Source: Christensenellaceae bacterium (lineage in GTDB: Bacteria > Bacillota > Clostridia > Christensenellales > Borkfalkiaceae). From it: 64,000 nucleotides of DNA. The notes below the pieces were generated by a model that did not search any database, was not told the DNA's origin, and was given only the letters and a program-made list of their open reading frames with translations. Shown one piece after another: positions 1-7,987 of the stretch (position 1 is its first letter; the number at the start of each line of letters is the position of its first letter). The DNA lies in the NCBI GenBank assembly GCA_045589615.1, contig JAZNPL010000031.1, positions 38,251 through 102,250 on the forward strand. Direction: 5' to 3'. A program made the position numbers and the translations under genes.

Positions 1-604
1 GGGTATCTACTTCAAGGTATCCTACGCCGTCAAGATAATTTCTAATTTCGGAAAGTATTTTTGAACGCATTACGAAAGTACGCTTAACTTCGGGGTTAGC
101 GATTAAATCAACTTCTCTTTGACGATATCTAGTGTCTTCGTCCTTTAGTCCGTGGAATTTTTCGGGCAAAGGTAATAACGACTTGCTTAAAAGTTCTATT
201 TTTTGTGCGTGTACCGATACTTCGCCCGTACGGGTTGTGAATACAAAACCGGTAATGCCGATAATGTCGCCAATATCGTATTCCTTAAAAGCAAGATAAT
301 CGTCCCCTAAGTCGTTTATTGAAAGGTATGACTGAATAGTGCCTTGTCCGTCTAAAATAACGGCGAAAGACGCTTTACCCATAATACGCTTAGAGATAAG
401 TCTTCCCGCAATGCCTACTACTTGGTTTTCGTATTTATCGTAGTTGTTCTTTATGTCTTGGCTTAAAGCCGTTCTGTCGTATCTAACCTTTTCGTAAGGA
501 TTTTTGCCTGCAGATTGAAGTGCTTCAAGTTTGCTTCTTCTAATACGCAAAATTTCGCTTAGGTCAAGTTCTTCTTGAACTTGAACGTTCTTATTTTCTT
601 CCAT
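1..604 (-). CDS. lysS: lysine--tRNA ligase, N-terminal ~201 aa (gene runs off window start)
   Basis: Reverse translation from the ATG at 604-602 gives MEENKNVQVQEELDLSEILRIRRSKLEALQSAGKNPYEKV...GRLISKRIMGKASFAVILDG...FHGLKDEDTRYRQREVDLIANPEV. This is a typical LysRS OB-fold plus the start of the class II core. The frame is open to position 1. The greA-lysS order is classic. Confidence 0.9.
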   Translation of the reverse strand, partial: MEENKNVQVQEELDLSEILRIRRSKLEALQSAGKNPYEKVRYDRTALSQDIKNNYDKYENQVVGIAGRLISKRIMGKASFAVILDGQGTIQSYLSINDLGDDYLAFKEYDIGDIIGITGFVFTTRTGEVSVHAQKIELLSKSLLPLPEKFHGLKDEDTRYRQREVDLIANPEVKRTFVMRSKILSEIRNYLDGVGYLEVDT

Positions 605-615
605 TATTCTATTCC

Positions 616-1089
616 TTATTGTTTTACGCTTTTGATTTTGATTGAAACTATACCAGCAGGTACTTGAACCTTAATGCTGTCGTTTACCTTTCTGCCAAGA
701 AGTGCGTTTCCGATAGGCGATTCGTTAGAAATTCTGCCTTGTTCAACGTCTGCTTCGGTAGTACCAACGATTTCGTACACAAAAGTTTCACCAGTGTCTT
801 CATTAATAAATTCTACTTTATTGCCTAATGACACTGTGCCTTTCTTACCTAATGAATCTTTTATGATAACGGCGTACTTTAGTTTATTTTCAATTTCAAG
901 AATTTCGCCTTCTACCATTGCTTGTTCGTTTTTAGCAGCATCGTATTCAGCGTTTTCCGAAAGGTCGCCAAATTCTCTTGCCGTCTTAATTCTTTCGGTG
1001 ATTTCTGCACGCTTGGTTACTTTTAAATATTCTAAGCGTTTTTCAAGTTCCTCTTTACCTTCTTTTGTAAGAATTACTTCTTCTGCCAT
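616..1089 (-). CDS. greA: transcription elongation factor GreA
   Basis: 157 aa. It has an N-terminal coiled coil (LTKEGKEELEKRLEYLK) and a C-terminal domain (ISNESPIGNALLGRKVND). AGGAG RBS. Confidence 0.95.
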   Translation of the reverse strand: MAEEVILTKEGKEELEKRLEYLKVTKRAEITERIKTAREFGDLSENAEYDAAKNEQAMVEGEILEIENKLKYAVIIKDSLGKKGTVSLGNKVEFINEDTGETFVYEIVGTTEADVEQGRISNESPIGNALLGRKVNDSIKVQVPAGIVSIKIKSVKQ

Positions 1090-1146
1090 AATGTTTCTCC
1101 TTTATTTAGAAGTGGTTACACTCCCACTTATACTTTCTAACTTGAG

Positions 1147-1175
1147 ATTATAATATATTTAATATTATTTGTCAA
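1147..1175 (-). promoter_or_regulatory. sigma-70-type promoter for greA-lysS
   Basis: On the minus strand: TTGACA (1175-1170), a 17-nt spacer, then TATAAT (1152-1147). Confidence 0.6.
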
Positions 1176-1371
1176 CTTTATACTACTACTAACCCCCACT
1201 AATCCTTTCAAAAATGCTATCTTTTGATAAAAAATAAAATTTTTTGAAACTTTTTTTCATTTTGGTATTGACATATATCCAATTTGTGGTAAAATATTAT
1301 TGTAAATTGATTTTTCTCCTATCCACTCGGTGGAACATTTTCTTGAGTAATATATGAAATCGAAAAAGAAT

Positions 1372-1399
1372 AAGGTCGTCAAATTGACGACCTTTTTTC
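1372..1399. terminator. bidirectional intrinsic terminator hairpin
   Basis: AAGGTCGTC-AAATT-GACGACCTT with T-runs on both strands. It lies just downstream of the DUF1540 gene. Confidence 0.7.
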
Positions 1400-1427
1400 T
1401 TTGTTTTTTCTTAGGTTTTACCTTGTT

Positions 1428-1571
1428 TTAGTTTTGTTTTTCGTCGTAACTGTCGCAACAAGTGCATTGTTCTCCACAACCACAAGTTACCTTAATGCTG
1501 TCTAATTGACAGTTGCATCCGTCGTTATGACGGCACTTTTGCACGTCGCATTTAATACAATAATTTTTCAT
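1428..1571 (-). CDS. small Cys-rich DUF1540-like protein (47 aa), not in the supplied ORF track
   Basis: Reverse translation gives MKNYCIKCDVQKCRHNDGCNCQLDSIKVTCGCGEQCTCCDSYDEKQN. It has an AGGAG-like RBS (aaaggagtgaactATG). The Cys spacing resembles the spore-associated DUF1540 family. Confidence 0.6.
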   Translation of the reverse strand: MKNYCIKCDVQKCRHNDGCNCQLDSIKVTCGCGEQCTCCDSYDEKQN

Positions 1572-1632
1572 AGTTCACTCCTTTTTTTAAGTAGTATTTC
1601 CTTTAATGAAAAAACTATACTCTCCTTTTCTA

Positions 1633-1661
1633 TTGACAAAAAAGTCGTGTAGAGTTAAAAT
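1633..1661 (+). promoter_or_regulatory. sigma-70-type promoter for rplI
   Basis: TTGACA (1633-1638), a 17-nt spacer, then TAAAAT (1656-1661). Confidence 0.55.
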
Positions 1662-1691
1662 ATATAAAAAGAACATTTTTCGGAGACAGAT

Positions 1692-2132
1692 ATGAAAGTT
1701 ATACTCATTAAAGACGTAAAAGGGTCTGGTAAAGCAGGCGATATTATAGAAGCAAAGGACGGTTATGCACAAAACTTTTTGATTAAAAGGGGCTTGGCAA
1801 AACCTGCCGACACACAAGCACTAACCGAAAACCGTTTGCAAAAAGAAGCACAAGCATTTCACAAAGCAGAACAACTTAAAGCAAACAAAGAACTTCGTGA
1901 AAAATTAGACGGTAAAGAAGTTACTATTCAAGTAAAAAGTGGTGCTTCTGGCAAATTTTTCGGTAGCGTAACAAACAAGGAAATTGCCGATAAACTTGCC
2001 GAAATGGGCTTTGAAATCGACAAGAAAAAAATCATTATATCAACCAATATCAAAACTGCTGGAGCATACCCCGTAACGATAAAAATTTCGCCCGAAGAAA
2101 CGGCAAAAATCACCGCCAACATCATTAACTAA
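1692..2132 (+). CDS. rplI: 50S ribosomal protein L9
   Basis: [36 protein letters not shown] is the canonical L9 N-terminus. 146 aa. Confidence 0.95.
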   Translation: MKVILIKDVKGSGKAGDIIEAKDGYAQNFLIKRGLAKPADTQALTENRLQKEAQAFHKAEQLKANKELREKLDGKEVTIQVKSGASGKFFGSVTNKEIADKLAEMGFEIDKKKIIISTNIKTAGAYPVTIKISPEETAKITANIIN

Positions 2133-2151
2133 AACTTAAAAACACGCTTGA

Positions 2152-3285
2152 TTAAAGCGTGTTTTTCTTTGTTTTCTTTTCAATTTCTTGTTTATAAATT
2201 TCATAGTATTCGTTAGCGGAAACGTTCCAATCGTTAAAGATGTCGCCCGTGTTTTGACTTACCTTTTCAAGCAGTTCTTTGTCAAACGCCAACGAATAAA
2301 TTTTATCAACGAAAGCGGTTATATCATCTTCGCAAATAAAACCCGTAACGCCGTCGGTGAGTGCTTCGCTTGCACCCGAATCTTTTACCACGACCGACGG
2401 AACGCCTAGCGAACCTGCTTCTAAAACGGTTAAGGCACAAGTATCGAACACCGACGGAAATATAAGCAAGTCGGACTTTTGGTATTCTTGTTTAAGTATT
2501 TCGGGGTTGGAAATTCTGCCCGTGAAAATTGCTTCCTTTTCAATACCTAACTTTTTAACTTGTCTTTTATATTTTTCTAAATCTTCCCCAGCACCTACTA
2601 GTTTTAGATTAACTTCTACCCCCTTTTCTTTTAGGCGTTTAGCAGTTTCTAGAATAAAGGGTACTCGCTTAAAGTCAACCATAAGCCCTACGAAAATTAG
2701 ATTGATTTTACCAAGCGACCTATCTTTAGGTTTAGGGGTTTCCTTTTTAAAGTTACAGCCGTTTCTAACTACCGTTACGGGACTAGTTAACCCGTAAGAT
2801 TTTAGTTCGGTTTTCATACAGTTGCCCACCGAACAAAGATGGTCGGCTTTTTTAGGGCGACGCATTACGAATTTTAGCAAAATTTCGGCAAAAAGCCCTA
2901 TTTTTAGTGCCTTTTTATAACAATATCTAAACTTAGTATGAACGGTATAAACTAGTGGAACGCCGTGTTTTTTTGCGTATTTATTGGCATACGAAACAGT
3001 CGTTCCAACCGTGTGGCAATGTATGACTTCGGGGGCAAAATCTTTAATTTCCTTTTTGGCAGTTTTGCTAAAAAAAGGCATAGCCCAAAAGTCGTTTTGA
3101 GAAAAGCCTATGCTTTTAAACCTTACCACTTTAAAGGGGTAAGTTCTCTCGTCAATTCTATGATATTCGGGGGCAACCACCATAACTTCATTAGACTTTG
3201 CTAATTCCATTGCGATATGGTAAACCGCCTTTTCCGTTCCGCCGATACCGGGGAAAAAACTGTCTGTAAATAACGCTATTTTCAT
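2152..3285 (-). CDS. glycosyltransferase family 4 (glycolipid-synthase-like)
   Basis: I start it at the internal ATG (MKIALFTDSFFPGIGGTEKAV), which is the GT4 N-terminus. The C-terminal half contains an E-x7-E-like motif (LEAGSLGVPSVV). The upstream 44 codons of the track ORF look like non-coding read-through. Confidence 0.8.
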   Translation of the reverse strand: MKIALFTDSFFPGIGGTEKAVYHIAMELAKSNEVMVVAPEYHRIDERTYPFKVVRFKSIGFSQNDFWAMPFFSKTAKKEIKDFAPEVIHCHTVGTTVSYANKYAKKHGVPLVYTVHTKFRYCYKKALKIGLFAEILLKFVMRRPKKADHLCSVGNCMKTELKSYGLTSPVTVVRNGCNFKKETPKPKDRSLGKINLIFVGLMVDFKRVPFILETAKRLKEKGVEVNLKLVGAGEDLEKYKRQVKKLGIEKEAIFTGRISNPEILKQEYQKSDLLIFPSVFDTCALTVLEAGSLGVPSVVVKDSGASEALTDGVTGFICEDDITAFVDKIYSLAFDKELLEKVSQNTGDIFNDWNVSANEYYEIYKQEIEKKTKKNTL

Positions 3286-3384
3286 ACTGAGATTATAACT
3301 AATAACTACCCACGTTGTCAAGTTATACCACTCTTTAAGGGCGATTAGTTGACAACACTGCTTTTTTTTAGTAAAATACCGTTT

Positions 3385-4686
3385 ATGAAGAAAAAGAAAG
3401 TTAGTTACGTTCAACAAAAGATTGATTTCGACAAAAAAACGGCTGAACCGTACATAACCGAAACGTTTGAGAGTGGTAGAGAAACCCCCGTTTTACCTAA
3501 AGAACCACACGAATACACGGGTAAACCTTTAGCAGACAAGCAAGTTAAACAGTTGACTATGAACAAACTGCTAGGCTTAGAAACGGACAGGACTATTGAC
3601 AAACGCCAAAGGCTTTACAAAAATCTTGTATCGATTGCCTTTATAGTTTTCGTATTGGCAGTTTTAGTAATTACCGCTTATGACGATTTTTTCTCTAATA
3701 AATCGGTAATATCTTTCGACCAACTTTTAAAAACTTTTAGCGTTACTTGGTTTTACTTGCCGTGTGCAATTTTTGCATTGTTTATGAATTACCTACTAAA
3801 AGGCACTAAACTTTCTATACTTTGTAAGGCACAAACTAAAAAATGGCACTTCAAAACTTGTATGGAAACGGGCGTTTTAGGGCATTACTACAACAGCGTT
3901 ACGCCCCTTGCCGTTGGTGGTCAACCGTTTGAAATTTATCACCTTAGTAAACACGGCGTTACGGGTGGAGTTGCCTACTCTTTGCCAATCGCAACCTACG
4001 TTCTTAACCAAATTGCTTTCGTAATTTTAGGAATACTTTCGCTAGTACTATATAATTATAATCTTTTAGATTACGATTCGCATTTTTACGGACATATTCC
4101 CGCGCTTATAACGACACTTGCTTTGATTGGATGTTCGCTTTGCTTGTTTATGCCACTTGCAGTAGTATTATTCTCTATTTTTCCAAAGGCTTCTGCCACG
4201 CTTGTAAGAATAGCAGTGAGTTTAGGCAATAAACTAAAACTTGTTAAAAACCCAACGTTGACCAACTACAAGACCATGCGTTCAGTTTGTAAAAATGCAA
4301 AGTCACTAAAGAATATTGCAAAGCACCCGTGGGCGTTTATATTCACTTTTATACTAAGTTTTGGCGAAACGCTTGCACACGCTTCAATAGCCTACTTTAC
4401 CTTGAAATTCTTTAACTTTAACTGGGCTGCCGCACATATTTACGAGTGGTTTCAAGTTGTTACCATTTGCATCATAATTTCGCTAGCGATAACCTTTATT
4501 CCAACCCCTGGAAATTCGGGTGCTGCAGACTTTTCGTTCTATACGCTGTTTAACACTCAACTAGAAGGTGGTCTTGCCTTCCCCGCTATGATGACTTGGC
4601 GTATTTTGAATTTCTATTCGTATATAATTATCGGGTTTATCTTCACTAGAATTAAAAAGCATACCGATGCTAAACCTAAAAAATAA
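3385..4686 (+). CDS. lysylphosphatidylglycerol-synthase-TM-region-like (flippase-like, UPF0104) membrane protein
   Basis: Polytopic membrane protein with PLAVGGQPFEIYHL and TPGNSGAADF motifs typical of the LPG_synthase_TM family. ATG at 3385. Divergent from the GT4 gene. Confidence 0.65.
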   Translation: MKKKKVSYVQQKIDFDKKTAEPYITETFESGRETPVLPKEPHEYTGKPLADKQVKQLTMNKLLGLETDRTIDKRQRLYKNLVSIAFIVFVLAVLVITAYDDFFSNKSVISFDQLLKTFSVTWFYLPCAIFALFMNYLLKGTKLSILCKAQTKKWHFKTCMETGVLGHYYNSVTPLAVGGQPFEIYHLSKHGVTGGVAYSLPIATYVLNQIAFVILGILSLVLYNYNLLDYDSHFYGHIPALITTLALIGCSLCLFMPLAVVLFSIFPKASATLVRIAVSLGNKLKLVKNPTLTNYKTMRSVCKNAKSLKNIAKHPWAFIFTFILSFGETLAHASIAYFTLKFFNFNWAAAHIYEWFQVVTICIIISLAITFIPTPGNSGAADFSFYTLFNTQLEGGLAFPAMMTWRILNFYSYIIIGFIFTRIKKHTDAKPKK

Positions 4687-4764
4687 CATAAAAACAAAAA
4701 ACCAAAGCACCGTAATCGAAACCGATTACGGTGCTTTTTTTATTTTTTTCCTGAATAGACAAGG

Positions 4765-5472
4765 TTATTTTTTATTTAATTTTCGTATTTCCCTTGTGTT
4801 TTTGTGAAGCCTATAATATAGATAACTTAGTCCCACGCCCATACCACAAATCAGTATTAGCCAATACACGCAACCAAACTGTGGAATTACACCCGGCACG
4901 TACCCAAAAAGCCCTGCTTCGCCGTGGTAATTCATAAAAAAGTAAGGAAAAGTATCTCCCCTACCAAAGTCCACTTCAAACGCCGACATTATTAGGGCAA
5001 ATAGAAAATAATAGGTTAGTGGAATAAGCACAAAAAGACAATGTTTGCCATTTTTAACCTTTTGTTCTTCACATAAAAAGTAATCTAAAATAGCAAGCAC
5101 GGGCGTTACGACGTGCGTTAGTATGCTTGAAAAAGTCCAAACGTTAAAGTCTGCAAAAGGTGCTAATAAGCAACAAAAAACCAAACAAGTAATGGTGATG
5201 CAAGCAGTAAAAACCAATTTTACAACGCAAAGCCCTTGATTTAAGTAATTTTTTCCTTTCGCTAAACCTATTACCGATAGAATTCCAAAAATCAAACAAA
5301 TAGTTCCTATCCAAACGTTAGACTGTTGAGTAAAATAAAACAGCCTTGTAACCCACGGGAAATACCCGTCTTCTACCGAATAGACGCAAGAAAGAATAAC
5401 CCCTAAAAAAGCCGAAACAGCCGTAAAAAAATTTAATGTAATAGAAATTTTCTTTCTTGAAATATTAAGCAT
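4765..5472 (-). CDS. multi-pass membrane protein (possibly Pr6Pr family)
   Basis: Six or seven hydrophobic segments. The YFTQQSNVW motif recalls the Pr6Pr family. The family assignment is tentative. Confidence 0.45.
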   Translation of the reverse strand: MLNISRKKISITLNFFTAVSAFLGVILSCVYSVEDGYFPWVTRLFYFTQQSNVWIGTICLIFGILSVIGLAKGKNYLNQGLCVVKLVFTACITITCLVFCCLLAPFADFNVWTFSSILTHVVTPVLAILDYFLCEEQKVKNGKHCLFVLIPLTYYFLFALIMSAFEVDFGRGDTFPYFFMNYHGEAGLFGYVPGVIPQFGCVYWLILICGMGVGLSYLYYRLHKNTREIRKLNKK

Positions 5473-5487
5473 AAAACCCCTTAAAAC

Positions 5488-6144
5488 CTATAAATGAAAT
5501 TTATCTTTTGGCAAAACCCTAGGCAAAATTGAAACCAAGCCAACGCAAAGCACTGCGTTAATAGCGGTTACCGCTAATTTTACGGGGAGAGTGAGCATAA
5601 GTTTATCAAAACTTATACTGTACATAACCGATAGCCCGAAAGTATTTACCACAAAAGAACTCAAAATAAAGCCTATTGCAAAAGATATAACAGTCTTAAC
5701 GTAATTATTGCCTTTAAAGCAAGTAAATATAACACCTGGGATAAAACCCCAAAGCCCCGTACCTATTCCGATAATTGGGTTATAAGCACCAAAGGGAGCA
5801 ATAATACCACCGATTAAATCGCCAATGAACGCCGAAGCGAACCCAAGCCCAGCACCTAGCGTATAGCCTGCGACAAAACCAATCGTCGAAACGAAAGATA
5901 TTTGCCAAACGTCACTAGCCTTAATGGTTAGAGAGTTTACCACGCAAGAAAGTGCTGAAAATATAGCGGTATATACTATTTTTTGAGTGGTTGAAAGCGA
6001 ATTTCGGTTTTGCTTTTTCTTAAAAGCGAACACGATAATAAGTGCTATTGCCACTACTAAAGCAAGGTAATAATACCAATTTTTAAGCACGTTTCCAAAA
6101 ATTTTGGAAAACTCAAACGGTTTTGTTGCAAGAAAATTGAACAT
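5488..6144 (-). CDS. folT: ECF-transporter S component, folate family
   Basis: 218-aa membrane protein with 5-6 TM segments, directly downstream of a THF riboswitch. Confidence 0.75.
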   Translation of the reverse strand: MFNFLATKPFEFSKIFGNVLKNWYYYLALVVAIALIIVFAFKKKQNRNSLSTTQKIVYTAIFSALSCVVNSLTIKASDVWQISFVSTIGFVAGYTLGAGLGFASAFIGDLIGGIIAPFGAYNPIIGIGTGLWGFIPGVIFTCFKGNNYVKTVISFAIGFILSSFVVNTFGLSVMYSISFDKLMLTLPVKLAVTAINAVLCVGLVSILPRVLPKDKFHL

Positions 6145-6202
6145 AAAAAAATCTCCTAAAGTAATTTTAGAGAGACCGATAAAATAACCCTAACGGGCGA
6201 TA

Positions 6203-6295
6203 ATAGCGGACGCGCAAAAAATACCGCAGACACTTGTCTTTCGTTTGCAAACGACATCCCATTTTGCAACACTTGACGCATTTTTGCTACTCTAT
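6203..6295 (-). promoter_or_regulatory. THF (tetrahydrofolate) riboswitch
   Basis: The minus strand reads ATAGAGTAGCAAAAATGCGTCAAGTGTTGCAAAATGGGATGTCGTTTGCAAACGAAAGACAAGTGTCTGCGGTATTTTTTGCGCGTCCGCTAT. This matches the conserved AGAGUAG..GCGU.AAGUGU..AUGGGAUGUCG..ACGAA..GCGG..CGUCCGCU blocks of THF-I. Confidence 0.85.
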
Positions 6296-6366
6296 GTTTT
6301 TATTTTAACATTAAATGGCTATCAAGTCAACTTTATGGTATATTTTTTTGTGCGTTTTGCCATAAT

Positions 6367-7059
6367 ATGCGTATGCTTACAGTTTTTATAAGAACACTTA
6401 TAATATTTATAACCTTAATGGTAGTAATGCGGTTTATGGGCAAGCGTCAGATTGGCGAAATGCAACCTTTTGAATTTATAATAACCCTAATAATAGCCGA
6501 TTTAGCGTGCATACCAATGGCAGACGTATCAATTCCACTTTTATACGGAGTGGTGGCAGTATTAGGTCTATTTTTACTGCATCAAATCATATCGGTATTA
6601 GAACTTTTTGGCGATTCCGTCAAAAAAGTCTTATCGGGCAAGCCGAGCGTAGTAATAAATAAACAAGGGGTTGACCTAAAAGAACTAAAACGCAACAATA
6701 TGGGCGTAGAAGACCTAATCGAATCAATGCGTTCTTGCGGGTATTTTTCACTTGACGACGTGGAGTACGCAATTTTTGAATCTAACGGAAAACTTTCGGC
6801 GTTAGAAAAAGCCCAAAAACCTTACGATTCGCCATCACTACCCTTGCTTTTAATAAGCGACGGCAAGATTAACCCAAAAAATCTAGAATTAATTAACACC
6901 GAACGCCAAACGGTTATAGACTATTTGCAAAACAAAAACTTTAACCTTAAAAACACCGAAGTATTAACGGTGGACGGAAACGGCAGAAGTTATTTTAAAT
7001 ATAAAAACAAAAAGTACGAAATTTTTGATTTTCCCTTAAAGGAGAACGTCAAATGGTAA
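6367..7059 (+). CDS. DUF421 (YetF-like) membrane protein
   Basis: RFMGKRQIGEMQPFEFIITLIIADLA is the DUF421 signature. Confidence 0.8.
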   Translation: MRMLTVFIRTLIIFITLMVVMRFMGKRQIGEMQPFEFIITLIIADLACIPMADVSIPLLYGVVAVLGLFLLHQIISVLELFGDSVKKVLSGKPSVVINKQGVDLKELKRNNMGVEDLIESMRSCGYFSLDDVEYAIFESNGKLSALEKAQKPYDSPSLPLLLISDGKINPKNLELINTERQTVIDYLQNKNFNLKNTEVLTVDGNGRSYFKYKNKKYEIFDFPLKENVKW

Positions 7060-7430
7060 AAACTTTAATTTCAATAGCCGTAGTATCTTGCCTTTTAATT
7101 GTCGGTTCTCTATATGAAATAAACCACGTAAACAAGCAATTTAACGATTTTAATCAAGTTTTGACCGTTCTATACGACAAAATTGAAGACCAAACTGCAA
7201 CGACTGACGACGTTTATGCCGTTCAAGATAATTGGCTAAACAAAAAGAAAATGCTTCACGTCTTTATCCCCCACACCGAAATAAAAGAAGTCGATTTATG
7301 GCTATCCGAAACGGTGAGATTAGTCCACGACAAACAGTGGACAGACGCAATTTCTAAAGTCGAAGTCTTAATAGAACTATCCGAACAAATCCCCAAAACC
7401 TTTTCCTTAAAAATAGAAAACGTTTTCTAG
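7053..7430 (+). CDS. DUF4363-like small protein
   Basis: 125 aa with an N-terminal TM segment. It overlaps the DUF421 stop. This pairing is recurrent in Clostridia. Confidence 0.6.
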   Translation: MVKTLISIAVVSCLLIVGSLYEINHVNKQFNDFNQVLTVLYDKIEDQTATTDDVYAVQDNWLNKKKMLHVFIPHTEIKEVDLWLSETVRLVHDKQWTDAISKVEVLIELSEQIPKTFSLKIENVF

Positions 7431-7471
7431 ATAAAAAAGCCCGTTAATAAAACGGACTTTTTTTATAGTTT

Positions 7472-7963
7472 TTATAATTCAATTTCGAATTTTTCTTCTT
7501 CCTTAAAATCAACTACGATACAGTCGTTGATATAAGTACATTCGGGAAGAATAACCATAACGGCGATTTCATCGGCTGACTTAGGCAATGGTGCTAAGTG
7601 CCATACGCAAGCGTTCATCTTTACTAAAGTGTTCTTTGGAACTAAGAAAGCCTTAGTTTCTTCGGGAACGGGTTTGCCTGCCGACGGTGGTGCTACGTGA
7701 AGTATCATATCGTCGTTAAGTGGTAAAAGCATTTCGCAACTTCTCGTGTGGTATTCTGCTTGTTTGATAATCATTTTTTCGGGTTTTTTAACAAGCAATG
7801 GCGAATACGCTACGTTAAGCCCTTGTGCAGAAACTATTTTATCGGGGAAAAATCTATGTATTTCGCCCTTTAACGCATATCCGTCGGGGTTAACCATATC
7901 GTAATATTGCCCAAAAGGTGCAAACGCTTCTTTCGTTAACGGTTGAACTTTAATTTTTCTCAT
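7472..7963 (-). CDS. ureidoglycolate-lyase (AllA)-family cupin protein
   Basis: 163 aa. The N-terminus (KVQPLTKEAFAPFGQY), an internal EYHTRSCEMLLPL and VWHLAP parallel AllA. Confidence 0.6.
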   Translation of the reverse strand: MRKIKVQPLTKEAFAPFGQYYDMVNPDGYALKGEIHRFFPDKIVSAQGLNVAYSPLLVKKPEKMIIKQAEYHTRSCEMLLPLNDDMILHVAPPSAGKPVPEETKAFLVPKNTLVKMNACVWHLAPLPKSADEIAVMVILPECTYINDCIVVDFKEEEKFEIEL

Positions 7964-7987
7964 AATTTTCTCCTTTATCCTTTATAT

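Noticed and set aside
674-1153. A 159-aa plus-strand ORF overlapping greA. The same applies to many other antisense or alternative-frame ORFs inside long genes, for example 2357-2797, 8628-9005, 12829-13155, 13688-14074, 26260-26583, 29251-29760, 34309-34928, 36340-36735, 49194-49565, 51853-52167, 55919-56401 and 63095-63436.
   Set aside because: They lie entirely within well-supported conserved genes on the other strand or in another frame. Their Ser/Leu/Phe-rich translations are low-complexity and have no recognisable motifs. They are shadow ORFs.
2152-3417. The N-terminal extensions given by the ORF track for the GT4 gene (3417), guaB (13974), rpsF (38106), queT (46178), the DUF2156-GNAT gene (59885), the LPG-TM-like gene (3349) and the 45059 ORF.
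   Set aside because: In each case an internal ATG with a better RBS coincides with the conserved family N-terminus. The extensions cross promoter or terminator elements or use TTG starts.
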